This document shows positions 1-8,432 of a DNA stretch of 64,000 bases, one piece after another. The notes under the pieces were generated by a model. It was given only the letters and a program-made list of their open reading frames with translations, searched no databases and was not told the DNA's origin. Numbering within the stretch: the stretch's first letter is position 1; every line of letters begins with the position of its first letter. Source of the DNA: a virus. Made by a program: the position numbers and the translations under genes. The stretch is from positions 64,001-128,000 of the IMG/VR virus record IMGVR_UViG_3300046168_000026. The stretch is one strand, 5' to 3'.

Positions 1-136
1 TAAATTTTTCAACATAAATTGGTACTTCTATTTCTGCTCCAATTGATGCTTCAACATTTACATCATCTTCAGTTTTTACATAAACTATACACTCTTCCTT
101 AAACAAAGGGTCAAGTTTTTTTATTACTATTTTCAT
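1..136 (-). CDS. hypothetical protein, N-terminal part (runs off window edge)
   Basis: ATG at 134-136 overlaps the end of 111..311; open frame MKIVIKKLDPLFKEE... to position 1. Confidence 0.6.
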   Translation of the reverse strand, partial: MKIVIKKLDPLFKEECIVYVKTEDDVNVEASIGAEIEVPIYVEKF

Positions 137-311
137 TGGGTCTCTCCAACATCTCTATAAGGTCTTTAATATGTTGACATTTCATATAGTCCTCTTCGGC
201 AATATAAAACGACATCATCTTGTCTAACAATCGTTTTTTAGTAGATAAATCGATAAAAGTAGGGTTATACAACATAATGTCGTAAACCTCATCCATCGCT
301 TTTAACTTCAT
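111..311 (-). CDS. small protein with UvrB/UvrC-like C-terminal hairpin
   Basis: EEDYMKCQHIKDLI resembles the UVR motif; preceded by a TATTTAT motif. Confidence 0.55.
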   Translation of the reverse strand: MKLKAMDEVYDIMLYNPTFIDLSTKKRLLDKMMSFYIAEEDYMKCQHIKDLIEMLERPNENSNKKT

Positions 312-350
312 ATTCTTCTGCCATAAATATAGTTTGGAAAGTTAATAAAA

Positions 351-734
351 CTAAAATTTGGACATAGCTTCGGAGAAAATCCACCCCAAAACACCAATAA
401 GACCACTAAATAGTACCCAAAGTGCCTTAACTACACCACTTTTCCAATCTTGAAGTTTAGATAATTCTAACTTTAATTCAAGAAGTTCTTCAGGAGTTGT
501 CTCTGAATCTCGTCTAAATGCCGTATTCTTATTGACCCTAACAATTACACCATTTTCAGGATTAAGTAAAGTATACTTAATATCGGAAAAATCTTCCTTT
601 AGTTCATGTTGAAAGTCTTTCATCTCTTGAAAGTTCTGTTCCATTCTCTTTAGCTCCCCGTTAGGTAACTTTTTTTTCATAGTACCTAACTCGGATAGAA
701 TGTTTTCTAATAAGTTTTTTTGTGTAGATGCCAT
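351..734 (-). CDS. coiled-coil protein with C-terminal TM helix
   Basis: Heptad-rich body; hydrophobic ALWVLFSGLIGVLGWIF. Confidence 0.6.
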   Translation of the reverse strand: MASTQKNLLENILSELGTMKKKLPNGELKRMEQNFQEMKDFQHELKEDFSDIKYTLLNPENGVIVRVNKNTAFRRDSETTPEELLELKLELSKLQDWKSGVVKALWVLFSGLIGVLGWIFSEAMSKF

Positions 735-755
735 ATTACAAATCCCAAGTTTTGA

Positions 756-1484
756 TTATAAATATGGAGTCTTGTACCAAATCGCAGACTTACTATTTGA
801 TTTTTCGTGTTCAGGTCTATCTTTTGTAAAATAGTACAATGCGAATGAGTATCTTGATATATCATCTGGACAAACTAATGGTGTTGGGTGTCCATGGATT
901 GAGTCATCTGTTGTGTTAAATATCACCGCTCTATTGAATGTTGGGAGTATAGATTTTACTTTAACCAATCCCTCTTTTTCACATAAATCTAAGTGACCAT
1001 TATAATTCCAGTTTGGAGTAAGATATAGTAGTAAGTTAATTCTTCGCCACATATCTTGAGTTGGGTGTTTGTTGTAATCTGAATGTAGTTCTAATCTACC
1101 ACCATTTTTAATTCTATGAATACCACCACCCTCATAGTCTACATCTGCGATTAATCCATCTATACCTGTTAACTTTTCTAAGAACATTAAAAATTGTCTT
1201 GAGTTAAAGTATTCAAGACACTTCCACACTGCGGGCATATCCGTTTCTAATCGATTCTTAGACTCTGTATCATACGGAGTCCAAAACTTACTTACTTGTG
1301 AGTTTCTTTCGTCTTCAGGGTACCCCATCATATCATCCCACTGCCAATCTGTATGATTTGACATTTCATTGTAACATTGAAGTGCCATATCAGTTGGTAA
1401 GAAATCGTCAAATATAATATGTGGAAATGGATTTGCTAATGAATAATTTGATTTACATCCATCAGCTAATGATGTGTTTATCAT
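756..1484 (-). CDS. 2OG-Fe(II) oxygenase (P4H-like)
   Basis: GGGIH..LELHSDYN (HxD), RRINLLLYL, SIHGHP, RYSFALYY. Confidence 0.85.
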   Translation of the reverse strand: MINTSLADGCKSNYSLANPFPHIIFDDFLPTDMALQCYNEMSNHTDWQWDDMMGYPEDERNSQVSKFWTPYDTESKNRLETDMPAVWKCLEYFNSRQFLMFLEKLTGIDGLIADVDYEGGGIHRIKNGGRLELHSDYNKHPTQDMWRRINLLLYLTPNWNYNGHLDLCEKEGLVKVKSILPTFNRAVIFNTTDDSIHGHPTPLVCPDDISRYSFALYYFTKDRPEHEKSNSKSAIWYKTPYL

Positions 1485-2050
1485 AACATAGTTTTAAATT
1501 GGTCTTCTATATATTCTTCTATGACCTCTTTCTTTTGGTCTGAAGATAAATGTTCTACTGCAAGTACTGATTTGATTCTAACATCAGGATACTTTCTTTG
1601 AAGTCTTTGTACTGCCTTTACATTCTTAAGTGAGTCATCCATGAATGCGATATCAGTATATCCTTTTTCTATGTGTTTTTCAATCCAATCTGCCTTGTCT
1701 TTAGGATTATTACTCCCCAATGTTACAGGATACACATTCATTCCATATGTATCTTTGAAAAACTTTCTGATTGGGAATCCTAACTTTCTTGCAGTTAATA
1801 TTGTTACCTTTTTGTTTGGATTCGATAACATTTGTTGTAATAATTTGAAGTTCTTTCTAATCACTTTAGGATTATTCAACATACTATTGAAATCTCTAAA
1901 ATCAAATGTATCACCACTCTTTTCGTTATATTTTGCGTATTCGGCAGGACTCAATGTAGTTTCTGTACCATCTTTATGTGTAACATAAATGTATGCGGTA
2001 CTCTTTGCGAGTGTGTCGTCAAAGTCAAAAACTCTTAAAATTCTTCCCAT
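1481..2050 (-). CDS. HAD-family phosphatase (polynucleotide phosphatase / RNA-repair-like)
   Basis: VFDFDDTL motif I, ILTAR motif II, FMDDS motif IV. Confidence 0.8.
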   Translation of the reverse strand: MGRILRVFDFDDTLAKSTAYIYVTHKDGTETTLSPAEYAKYNEKSGDTFDFRDFNSMLNNPKVIRKNFKLLQQMLSNPNKKVTILTARKLGFPIRKFFKDTYGMNVYPVTLGSNNPKDKADWIEKHIEKGYTDIAFMDDSLKNVKAVQRLQRKYPDVRIKSVLAVEHLSSDQKKEVIEEYIEDQFKTML

Positions 2051-2066
2051 AATTTTACCTTTTACA

Positions 2067-2098
2067 CCAATATACGAAAAATATACGACTTATCCAAG
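2067..2098 (-). promoter_or_regulatory. Bacteroidota sigma-A-type promoter
   Basis: CTTG-N20-TATATTGG upstream of 1481..2050. Confidence 0.65.
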
Positions 2099-2416
2099 TT
2101 TTTTAGCGATAAAATTCATGTCCACTTGAATTGCGTATCCAGCACCTTCATAATTATCAAATGGTACAAACTTTAAAGGTCTTAGTTTTTTCATAGCAAA
2201 TATTGCTAATTGTTTACAGATATCTCTCTTTGATGTATCACCGAGTTTATCTATCTTATCTAAGTCCTTAGATGTCTTGGCCATAAAGACAATAGTATTA
2301 GCACCACTTACAGGCGTCATTACCTTAAATTCAGGATATTCACTTGGTAAATCTGAATTTTTATCAGTAGATGTTAATACTACTTTACCTTCGTCTAATA
2401 AATCTTTTAATTTCAT
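2090..2416 (-). CDS. hypothetical protein, possible internal head protein
   Basis: N-terminal MKLKDLLDE leader. Confidence 0.55.
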   Translation of the reverse strand: MKLKDLLDEGKVVLTSTDKNSDLPSEYPEFKVMTPVSGANTIVFMAKTSKDLDKIDKLGDTSKRDICKQLAIFAMKKLRPLKFVPFDNYEGAGYAIQVDMNFIAKKLG

Positions 2417-2425
2417 AATTTCCGT

Positions 2426-2614
2426 TTATTTTGTTGCAAGTATTTGAATTGCGTATATAATCAATGCAGATACCAATAATTTCATTACTGGGTCTTTACT
2501 TGTAACTTTTTCTACTGCAGTTTCTTGACAACAATTATCTGATACAGGTTTTGTACTACCACACCCAACTAATAATATTGAACTTAAAGCTATTCCTATC
2601 ATCTTCTTTTTCAT
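2426..2614 (-). CDS. small lipoprotein with C-terminal TM helix
   Basis: MKKK + hydrophobic stretch + LVG/C lipobox; C-terminal LLVSALIIYAIQIL. Confidence 0.6.
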   Translation of the reverse strand: MKKKMIGIALSSILLVGCGSTKPVSDNCCQETAVEKVTSKDPVMKLLVSALIIYAIQILATK

Positions 2615-2622
2615 TTGTATCC

Positions 2623-3399
2623 CTATTTTATTCTAAATGGTATATCGTGCTCTTTCCAAAACTTATTAAGTGTAGTTTTTAAATCCTTAACTAACTTTAC
2701 TGACTTCTTTTTATTCTCAGGTGTATTTGTATCTAATCTTCCTTGTGGAATAATTCCGCTGATATAGTTAGTTACAGGAAATACACCTACTTCATTAATT
2801 TCAGTTTCTTCTAATGGTCTATCATCAACTTCATCTGCAATACATCTACCATCCATTGTTACATTTCCAGAACATGGATTCCCAAGGTTATCATAAAAGA
2901 TTTCTTGGAGTTTAGTAATTTTATTGGTTTTTTTCCAATTGTCTCTATCAAAAACTAAATTGTCTTTGACCATCATAACCATTAATGCTCTACCAAACTT
3001 CTTAGTATCTGTAATTCGTGTAAACGATGGTGCGTTCTTTTTTGCCCAATTGTACCATAATCCTGATAATATCTTGAACATTTTACTTGAATCACCATTT
3101 GCTTTTAAAAGTTCTTTTTTGAATAACCCTCGTTTTCTATATGCATACTTCTTAAAATCCATATAGGTAAACTCATTTGGAGTATCCATAGGGAATGGTA
3201 CACCTTCTTGTAAATCTACTTGAACCATCTCGTCAACTACCATTCTATATTTAAGTAATGGTCTTCCGTTGATAGTGATGTCTCCCTTTTCATTTTTACC
3301 AATAGATTTTACTACGATTCGTTTGTTTTTAAACTTACCGCCTAATACTGTATCACCTACTTTAATTGGTATTACTATATTTTCAAAAAGTGAACTCAT
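2623..3399 (-). CDS. hypothetical multi-segment protein
   Basis: 258-aa ORF coupled to its neighbours; repeated L/I-x-E junctions. Confidence 0.6.
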   Translation of the reverse strand: MSSLFENIVIPIKVGDTVLGGKFKNKRIVVKSIGKNEKGDITINGRPLLKYRMVVDEMVQVDLQEGVPFPMDTPNEFTYMDFKKYAYRKRGLFKKELLKANGDSSKMFKILSGLWYNWAKKNAPSFTRITDTKKFGRALMVMMVKDNLVFDRDNWKKTNKITKLQEIFYDNLGNPCSGNVTMDGRCIADEVDDRPLEETEINEVGVFPVTNYISGIIPQGRLDTNTPENKKKSVKLVKDLKTTLNKFWKEHDIPFRIK

Positions 3400-4043
3400 A
3401 TTCTATTTGTTTTTTTTAAATAATTAAACATTTCATAACCCAATTTCATTCCAAACTTCGAATCACTTGGATAATGCGCTCTTGCTACATTTCTACTTTT
3501 AGATATGTCTCTACCCAAACTCATCAAATTAAATTGATGTTGAGGGTACATATCTGATAGTAGTTTCCCTATAAGTATTCCTTGTGTTGAATGCCCACTT
3601 GGATACGATGGTGTCTTCATAGAGTCCATCATAGATTCTTTTCCAATATTTACATTTACTAATGGATGGTCAACTACTTGATATGGTCTTGGTCTATTAT
3701 AATGATATTTAAGCTTCATAATAATAATAGAACTATCATCTAATAGTTTTTCCACCAAAGCTTCTGGAAAATCTAATCCTACTGTTTTTAAATACTTTTT
3801 AAATACTTTATCCACATCATCCATTTCTTTTACAAATTCAGGATTCTGTGGTAATTTTGCTAATTCTTCTAATTCTATTCGAGTGTTTGATGACGCATTA
3901 CAATGAGGTGGATTTCCCATATAGTTTTTAGTTGGAAAATCTTGGAGTAAGGATGGGGTTCTTTTCATTTTATCCAGATGTTTTGGTTTTATCTCATCTG
4001 TATAACCCATTTGTTTTAAACTGAGTATATCTGATAGTTTCAT
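3396..4043 (-). CDS. PAP2 / acid phosphatase-haloperoxidase family protein
   Basis: KLKYHYNRPRP, PSYPSGH, SRNVARAHYPSD are the three PAP2 motifs. Confidence 0.88.
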   Translation of the reverse strand: MKLSDILSLKQMGYTDEIKPKHLDKMKRTPSLLQDFPTKNYMGNPPHCNASSNTRIELEELAKLPQNPEFVKEMDDVDKVFKKYLKTVGLDFPEALVEKLLDDSSIIIMKLKYHYNRPRPYQVVDHPLVNVNIGKESMMDSMKTPSYPSGHSTQGILIGKLLSDMYPQHQFNLMSLGRDISKSRNVARAHYPSDSKFGMKLGYEMFNYLKKTNRI

Positions 4044-4174
4044 TTTCCTTGTCCGCGGTATTTCTTTTTATAATGCTTACTCCCCTTACTTCTTGAATTC
4101 TTGGTCTTGGAATGTACTCCAGGTCTCTTCTTACGATGACTTGTTGTATAATTACTAACTAATGCTCGTGCCAT
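4040..4174 (-). CDS. 44-aa highly basic peptide (absent from ORF track)
   Basis: MARALVSNYTTSHRKKRPGVHSKTKNSRSKGSKHYKKKYRGQGK; fills the gap and has an ATGA overlap with the PAP2 gene. Confidence 0.7.
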   Translation of the reverse strand: MARALVSNYTTSHRKKRPGVHSKTKNSRSKGSKHYKKKYRGQGK

Positions 4175-4186
4175 TTTATAACCCTA

Positions 4187-4594
4187 TTAAAACTGAGATG
4201 ACTTTTTAAGTTCATCAATAGTTTCTTGTAACTCATCTAAATCAACAGGACATACTAAATCCAATCCTGCTTTGAATGTCGATTCTTTTATACCATCTTT
4301 AAAAATAAAGATAGTTGGCGCCATTCTTACTCTATAATCTTTTTTTGCGTTTGGTGCTTTTGCAATATCAACTCTGTAATAATGAGTGATACCTTTAACT
4401 TTATCCCAATCTTGGAATGCGTTTGCTTCGTTAAACTTTGCCCAAAACTCGACAACTATTATTGAGGTCTCATCATCACCAAATGCTGATTTTTCGTGTA
4501 TTGCTTCATCGAACTTTGCATCATCTATATAATCTTGACCGAAAACACTACTATAACCTAATAATAATATTGTCAAAAACAAATATTTTTTCAT
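4187..4594 (-). CDS. exported thioredoxin-fold protein lacking CxxC
   Basis: Signal peptide; VVEFWAKFN in place of WCxxC; cis-Pro-type MAPTIFIFKDG. Confidence 0.7.
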   Translation of the reverse strand: MKKYLFLTILLLGYSSVFGQDYIDDAKFDEAIHEKSAFGDDETSIIVVEFWAKFNEANAFQDWDKVKGITHYYRVDIAKAPNAKKDYRVRMAPTIFIFKDGIKESTFKAGLDLVCPVDLDELQETIDELKKSSQF

Positions 4595-4609
4595 AATTAC
4601 CTATTTTTA

Positions 4610-5170
4610 TTAATCTATTAAATAGCCATAAGGTGTATCGTCAACATCCAAACCTATTGGAAAGTTTTCTAACCTCATAGAAACAGTCATATTAGCTTGT
4701 ATGTAAGGGTTGTAAAACTCCCCCTCAGCGGTTAAACATATTAAACCACTATGTTGACCACCTAATTGTCCTGCGTCTTGAACTATTACCTCATTCCAAA
4801 CAACATACTCTTGGTCACCTGGTATTTCAACACCTGCGAATTTATCATCAGGGTTTAACCAAGTGTAAGTACCAATATCTAATAACTCACCATCATCAAT
4901 TGCATCTGAATCTAAACAATATAATGCAAAGTGTTGTCTGTCTAATCTAATTTCCCCATCATCTACTTGTAGGTAAAGGATAAATATCTTTCTTAATTTA
5001 CCATCTACCCATTTTGAACCACCATATGATTTTACTTGAGCGTATCTCTCATAAGGGTCAAATGAATCACCATCTAAACTAATTTCAAAAACAGGAACTA
5101 AAGGTTCAACCTCTTCCTTTTCACATCCTAAAATTAAAAATAAACTTAAAAATAATAATATCTTTTTCAT
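4610..5170 (-). CDS. lipoprotein (probable start 5170)
   Basis: MKKILLFLSLFLILG/CEKEE: lipobox followed by an acidic Bacteroidota export-signal-like motif. Confidence 0.7.
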   Translation of the reverse strand: MKKILLFLSLFLILGCEKEEVEPLVPVFEISLDGDSFDPYERYAQVKSYGGSKWVDGKLRKIFILYLQVDDGEIRLDRQHFALYCLDSDAIDDGELLDIGTYTWLNPDDKFAGVEIPGDQEYVVWNEVIVQDAGQLGGQHSGLICLTAEGEFYNPYIQANMTVSMRLENFPIGLDVDDTPYGYLID

Positions 5171-5174
5171 AATC

Positions 5175-5459
5175 TTATCTACCTTTTTGTATCTCGTACA
5201 ATCTTTCGTCAATTTTATCAAGTTGGTCTCTTATCGCATCCACATCGTCTTGAGTGTCCATGATTGTCTGGCGAATTAATTCGTCCTTTAAATCATACTC
5301 AATTCGGTCTATCTCAGGTAAAGGTAATTCCTTTGCTTCCTGAATATCCCCTTGTAATGTGAACCACATTCCTATTACTGTTGCGAGTGTGAATATTACT
5401 ACACCGATTGTCTTTAAATCAAGTGTGATTTTCGTTTCTTCTGATACCTGCTTTGCCAT
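5175..5459 (-). CDS. single-TM coiled-coil protein
   Basis: TIGVVIFTLATVIGMWF TM, then heptad repeats. Confidence 0.65.
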   Translation of the reverse strand: MAKQVSEETKITLDLKTIGVVIFTLATVIGMWFTLQGDIQEAKELPLPEIDRIEYDLKDELIRQTIMDTQDDVDAIRDQLDKIDERLYEIQKGR

Positions 5460-5473
5460 GACTCCCTTTTGTC

Positions 5474-6709
5474 TTATCTAAATGTGTAATTAAAACCGAA
5501 TGTACTATTAAAGAATTCACTAGCCCACATCTTAGTATATTCACCTTCGACAAATATACCGAAACTTTTGCTCAACTTCCAACCAATGCTTCCGCCGAAC
5601 TGATAGTCATCCCATTGTTCAAATTCAGAATCTTGTCTCAATCCACCTTTACCCCAGTTGTTCCTGTTACCATAGTTGAAATCACCATCACCCATTACAT
5701 ATGAGTGGTAAGGTAATAACCAATTTGCGTATGCATGAGCCCAAAACTTTGGAGTGTAGTGATAGAAATCAACTCCAACGATTGGTGATACTAAACCAAA
5801 TTCTCCGATTCCATCCCATATTTCATTGTTGTAATCGTTAATAAGGTCTCTAAATACACCATCTCTAAATTCTAAATCCGAATCTGCTACTCTGTTACCA
5901 TCTGGGTCTAACCAAAAATAATCAAAGCTACTTTGGTCATTACCATCTTGGTCTGTCCATGTAGACTCATACCATTGGTCTGTATATCCTCTGTCATACC
6001 CTAAAGTATACCAATAGTTTGCAATAGTACCATCTGGATTAGTTTCATTCACCCAAATTTCAAACGGGTTATATCCATATGCTCTCTGATGAGTTCTGAA
6101 GATTGCACCTGCTGATAATGAGAATTTCTTACCGATTGGTAATCTTGCTCTTACTTCTGCTGATTTGTATTCAAAATCAAATGCACCTTGTTTTCTACTT
6201 TCGATTTTTGCTATATGATATTTACCTGTATGTCTAAGGAAGTATCTACTATTTGTCCATACTTCACCTCTTTGGCGTTCTTTTTCCCAATGAAATAAGT
6301 ATTCGAATCCTTTTACTGCCGAAGTTGGTGCGGATAATGCAATTTGTCTTTCTCTATCTGCATTACCTGTCCAAAAGTTACCTGGCTTTCTTTCGTAATC
6401 AAATCTTGCAAGTTTTCTGATACCTACTCCGATTCTGTAATCAAATGGATTATACTCAGTAACTTCTACGATTTGTGGAATATCGAATATGTTTCCACTT
6501 TGGTTTGTTCTTACAAAATACTCTCTACGAGATGGTTCGTATGAATTACGAATGTCACCTGCTGCGTAAACAGTACCATATTTTAAGAAATCTTGGTAAA
6601 ATTCCTTAATAATATTTGTTTTTTTCTTTTCTTTCTTCTCTTCTTGTGCATTTACACTCATTGGTGCAAACATTAAGAAAATCATGAATAATGATAATAA
6701 ATTTTTCAT
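5474..6709 (-). CDS. putative outer-membrane beta-barrel protein (probable start 6709)
   Basis: Sec signal ..SVNA/QEE, alternating aromatic strands, C-terminal STFGFNYTFR beta-signal-like end. Confidence 0.7.
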   Translation of the reverse strand: MKNLLSLFMIFLMFAPMSVNAQEEKKEKKKTNIIKEFYQDFLKYGTVYAAGDIRNSYEPSRREYFVRTNQSGNIFDIPQIVEVTEYNPFDYRIGVGIRKLARFDYERKPGNFWTGNADRERQIALSAPTSAVKGFEYLFHWEKERQRGEVWTNSRYFLRHTGKYHIAKIESRKQGAFDFEYKSAEVRARLPIGKKFSLSAGAIFRTHQRAYGYNPFEIWVNETNPDGTIANYWYTLGYDRGYTDQWYESTWTDQDGNDQSSFDYFWLDPDGNRVADSDLEFRDGVFRDLINDYNNEIWDGIGEFGLVSPIVGVDFYHYTPKFWAHAYANWLLPYHSYVMGDGDFNYGNRNNWGKGGLRQDSEFEQWDDYQFGGSIGWKLSKSFGIFVEGEYTKMWASEFFNSTFGFNYTFR

Positions 6710-6728
6710 TGTGGTATGTTTCCCCTCT

Positions 6729-6977
6729 TTACTTTTTAGCAAATTTTTCTATCCCTGCGATACCAAAACAACCAAGAGTTATATATACGAATGAGTTGTA
6801 TATAAATTCATTAATTATTAAGTCTTTTCCAAAGTATCCAGTTCCTAAGTCAACGATTGCAAATAGTGTCATGACTGCAAAACTCATAAACCCTATAACA
6901 TTTTTTTCGTTAATGTCGTTGTTGTCCTTAAATATGTTTTTAAATGCCATCCATTTTCTCCCAATATATTTAAACAT
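6729..6977 (-). CDS. holin-like 2-TM membrane protein
   Basis: Two hydrophobic helices, basic C-terminus, adjacent to the endolysin. Confidence 0.55.
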   Translation of the reverse strand: MFKYIGRKWMAFKNIFKDNNDINEKNVIGFMSFAVMTLFAIVDLGTGYFGKDLIINEFIYNSFVYITLGCFGIAGIEKFAKK

Positions 6978-7010
6978 AACTTCTAATCCTTTTCGTTAAC
7001 TGATTACTCA

Positions 7011-7018
7011 TATAAATA
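7011..7018 (-). promoter_or_regulatory. putative late promoter TATTTATA
   Basis: Recurrent intergenic motif upstream of late/structural genes. Confidence 0.55.
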
Positions 7019-7027
7019 GTTTATTTC

Positions 7028-7909
7028 CTACAAATCCACTAACATATCTAACAATTCCGCCTGTGGGAACATATCAAACTTATCCTTACGAGTATTTGTA
7101 TGTGTCCACATACCTTTTACTCGCCCATAATATGCATCTTCATTGAACTCAAATCCGTCAGCACCTTTTGCTTTTACCTCTTCTACAAGACCTTTTCTTA
7201 CATCAATACTATCTCTCTCTGCAATCCACAAAATCCACAATCTTAATGCTTCAATTTGTTTATCAGAGTATCTGTGCCAATGTTTAAATCCTCTGAATGG
7301 TTTATCCAATGTAACGATTTGTGATTCATGTGCAGTTGTTCCTGCATATGTTTTTCCGTCTTTAAGATATCCAAAGTTATTTACTTCGATACCAACCGAA
7401 TGTGTATGCATATGTTGTGAACCATTCTTTCCTAAATGCCATCCATAATGACCTTCAGGAAACGCCTGAACCATTACCCCATCATATGTTTCATCATTAC
7501 CTTTGATGGATTGTCCACCTAATACAAACTCAGTTGCGACTGCTCCTCTACTATCTCTACCCCAATGGTCAACAGTTCTGTATGGATTCTGCCATCCTGC
7601 GGTGTGATGTAAGAAACAATATTCTTTTTTTGTGATTCCACTTTTGTATTCACCAACTGGAAGATAGTGTCTATTAACCGCTAATCCGTTTTCTGTTGTG
7701 AATGTTTTTTCAGTATCATCAGTAGTAGCAATACCCATAGTATCCCAAGTGGAAGGACCAACAATCCCATCAGCAACCAAACCATTGGTTTTCTGAAACT
7801 CTTGAACTGCTTTTTTAGTTCCTTCACCGAATATACCATCCGCACCTATTTCTAAAAATTCTTGTAAATCTTTTACTTGTTGTCCTTTTGAACCTACTTT
7901 AAGTAACAT
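7028..7909 (-). CDS. endolysin: PG-binding domain + N-acetylmuramoyl-L-alanine amidase
   Basis: LKVGSKG..DGIFG..DGIVGP (PG_binding_1); LHHTAG, GWHLG, SVGIEV, WTHTN..KFD (Amidase_2). Confidence 0.9.
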   Translation of the reverse strand: MLLKVGSKGQQVKDLQEFLEIGADGIFGEGTKKAVQEFQKTNGLVADGIVGPSTWDTMGIATTDDTEKTFTTENGLAVNRHYLPVGEYKSGITKKEYCFLHHTAGWQNPYRTVDHWGRDSRGAVATEFVLGGQSIKGNDETYDGVMVQAFPEGHYGWHLGKNGSQHMHTHSVGIEVNNFGYLKDGKTYAGTTAHESQIVTLDKPFRGFKHWHRYSDKQIEALRLWILWIAERDSIDVRKGLVEEVKAKGADGFEFNEDAYYGRVKGMWTHTNTRKDKFDMFPQAELLDMLVDL

Positions 7910-7950
7910 TTTAATTCCTTGTGTTATATTGTTTATATTAACAATAAATA

Positions 7951-8100
7951 TTAAGTATGAATAAATTTAAAAGGAATCATCCAATGAATATCAAAAGGGT
8001 CACTAACCTCTGCTTCTTCCTTTTGTTCGTTGAGTGATATAAGAGTCACCTTTTCGCCCTCTACCAGACTTCCCCTGTGATTGCTGAAGGTCTCCCTCAT
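7951..8100 (-). CDS. small hypothetical protein (SH3-like?), overlaps upstream ORF
   Basis: MRETFSNHRGSLVEGEKV...HWMIPFKFIHT; start uncertain. Confidence 0.4.
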   Translation of the reverse strand: MRETFSNHRGSLVEGEKVTLISLNEQKEEAEVSDPFDIHWMIPFKFIHT

Positions 8101-8194
8101 CAATATCTTTTCTCCTATTTTTTCTTGTAATTTTTTCATATGTTTCAAAATATTCATCCTCGAAGTCTATACTTCGCACATCAATTTTAGCCAT
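8003..8194 (-). CDS. small charged hypothetical protein
   Basis: ATG overlaps the end of 8187..8432. Confidence 0.55.
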   Translation of the reverse strand: MAKIDVRSIDFEDEYFETYEKITRKNRRKDIDEGDLQQSQGKSGRGRKGDSYITQRTKGRSRG

Positions 8195-8432
8195 TTTTAA
8201 TTATCCTTAAATTCTCTATTTTTTTGAGAAATTGTTCAACTGAATAGTCTTTGTTTTTTTCGTCTTTGATTTTTACTTCTGTAAGTGTATCAGGGTATTT
8301 GTTAACCAGCCTTTCAAGAATTTCGAAACCTTGGTCTGTCCAAAAATTCTTAAAGGATGTTTCACCTAAGATGTTTGTAGAATAGTCTACATCATCCTCA
8401 TTATCGTCTGGTAACAAAATGTAGTATATCAT
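8187..8432 (-). CDS. hypothetical protein
   Basis: Translationally coupled ORF. Confidence 0.65.
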   Translation of the reverse strand: MIYYILLPDDNEDDVDYSTNILGETSFKNFWTDQGFEILERLVNKYPDTLTEVKIKDEKNKDYSVEQFLKKIENLRIIKNG

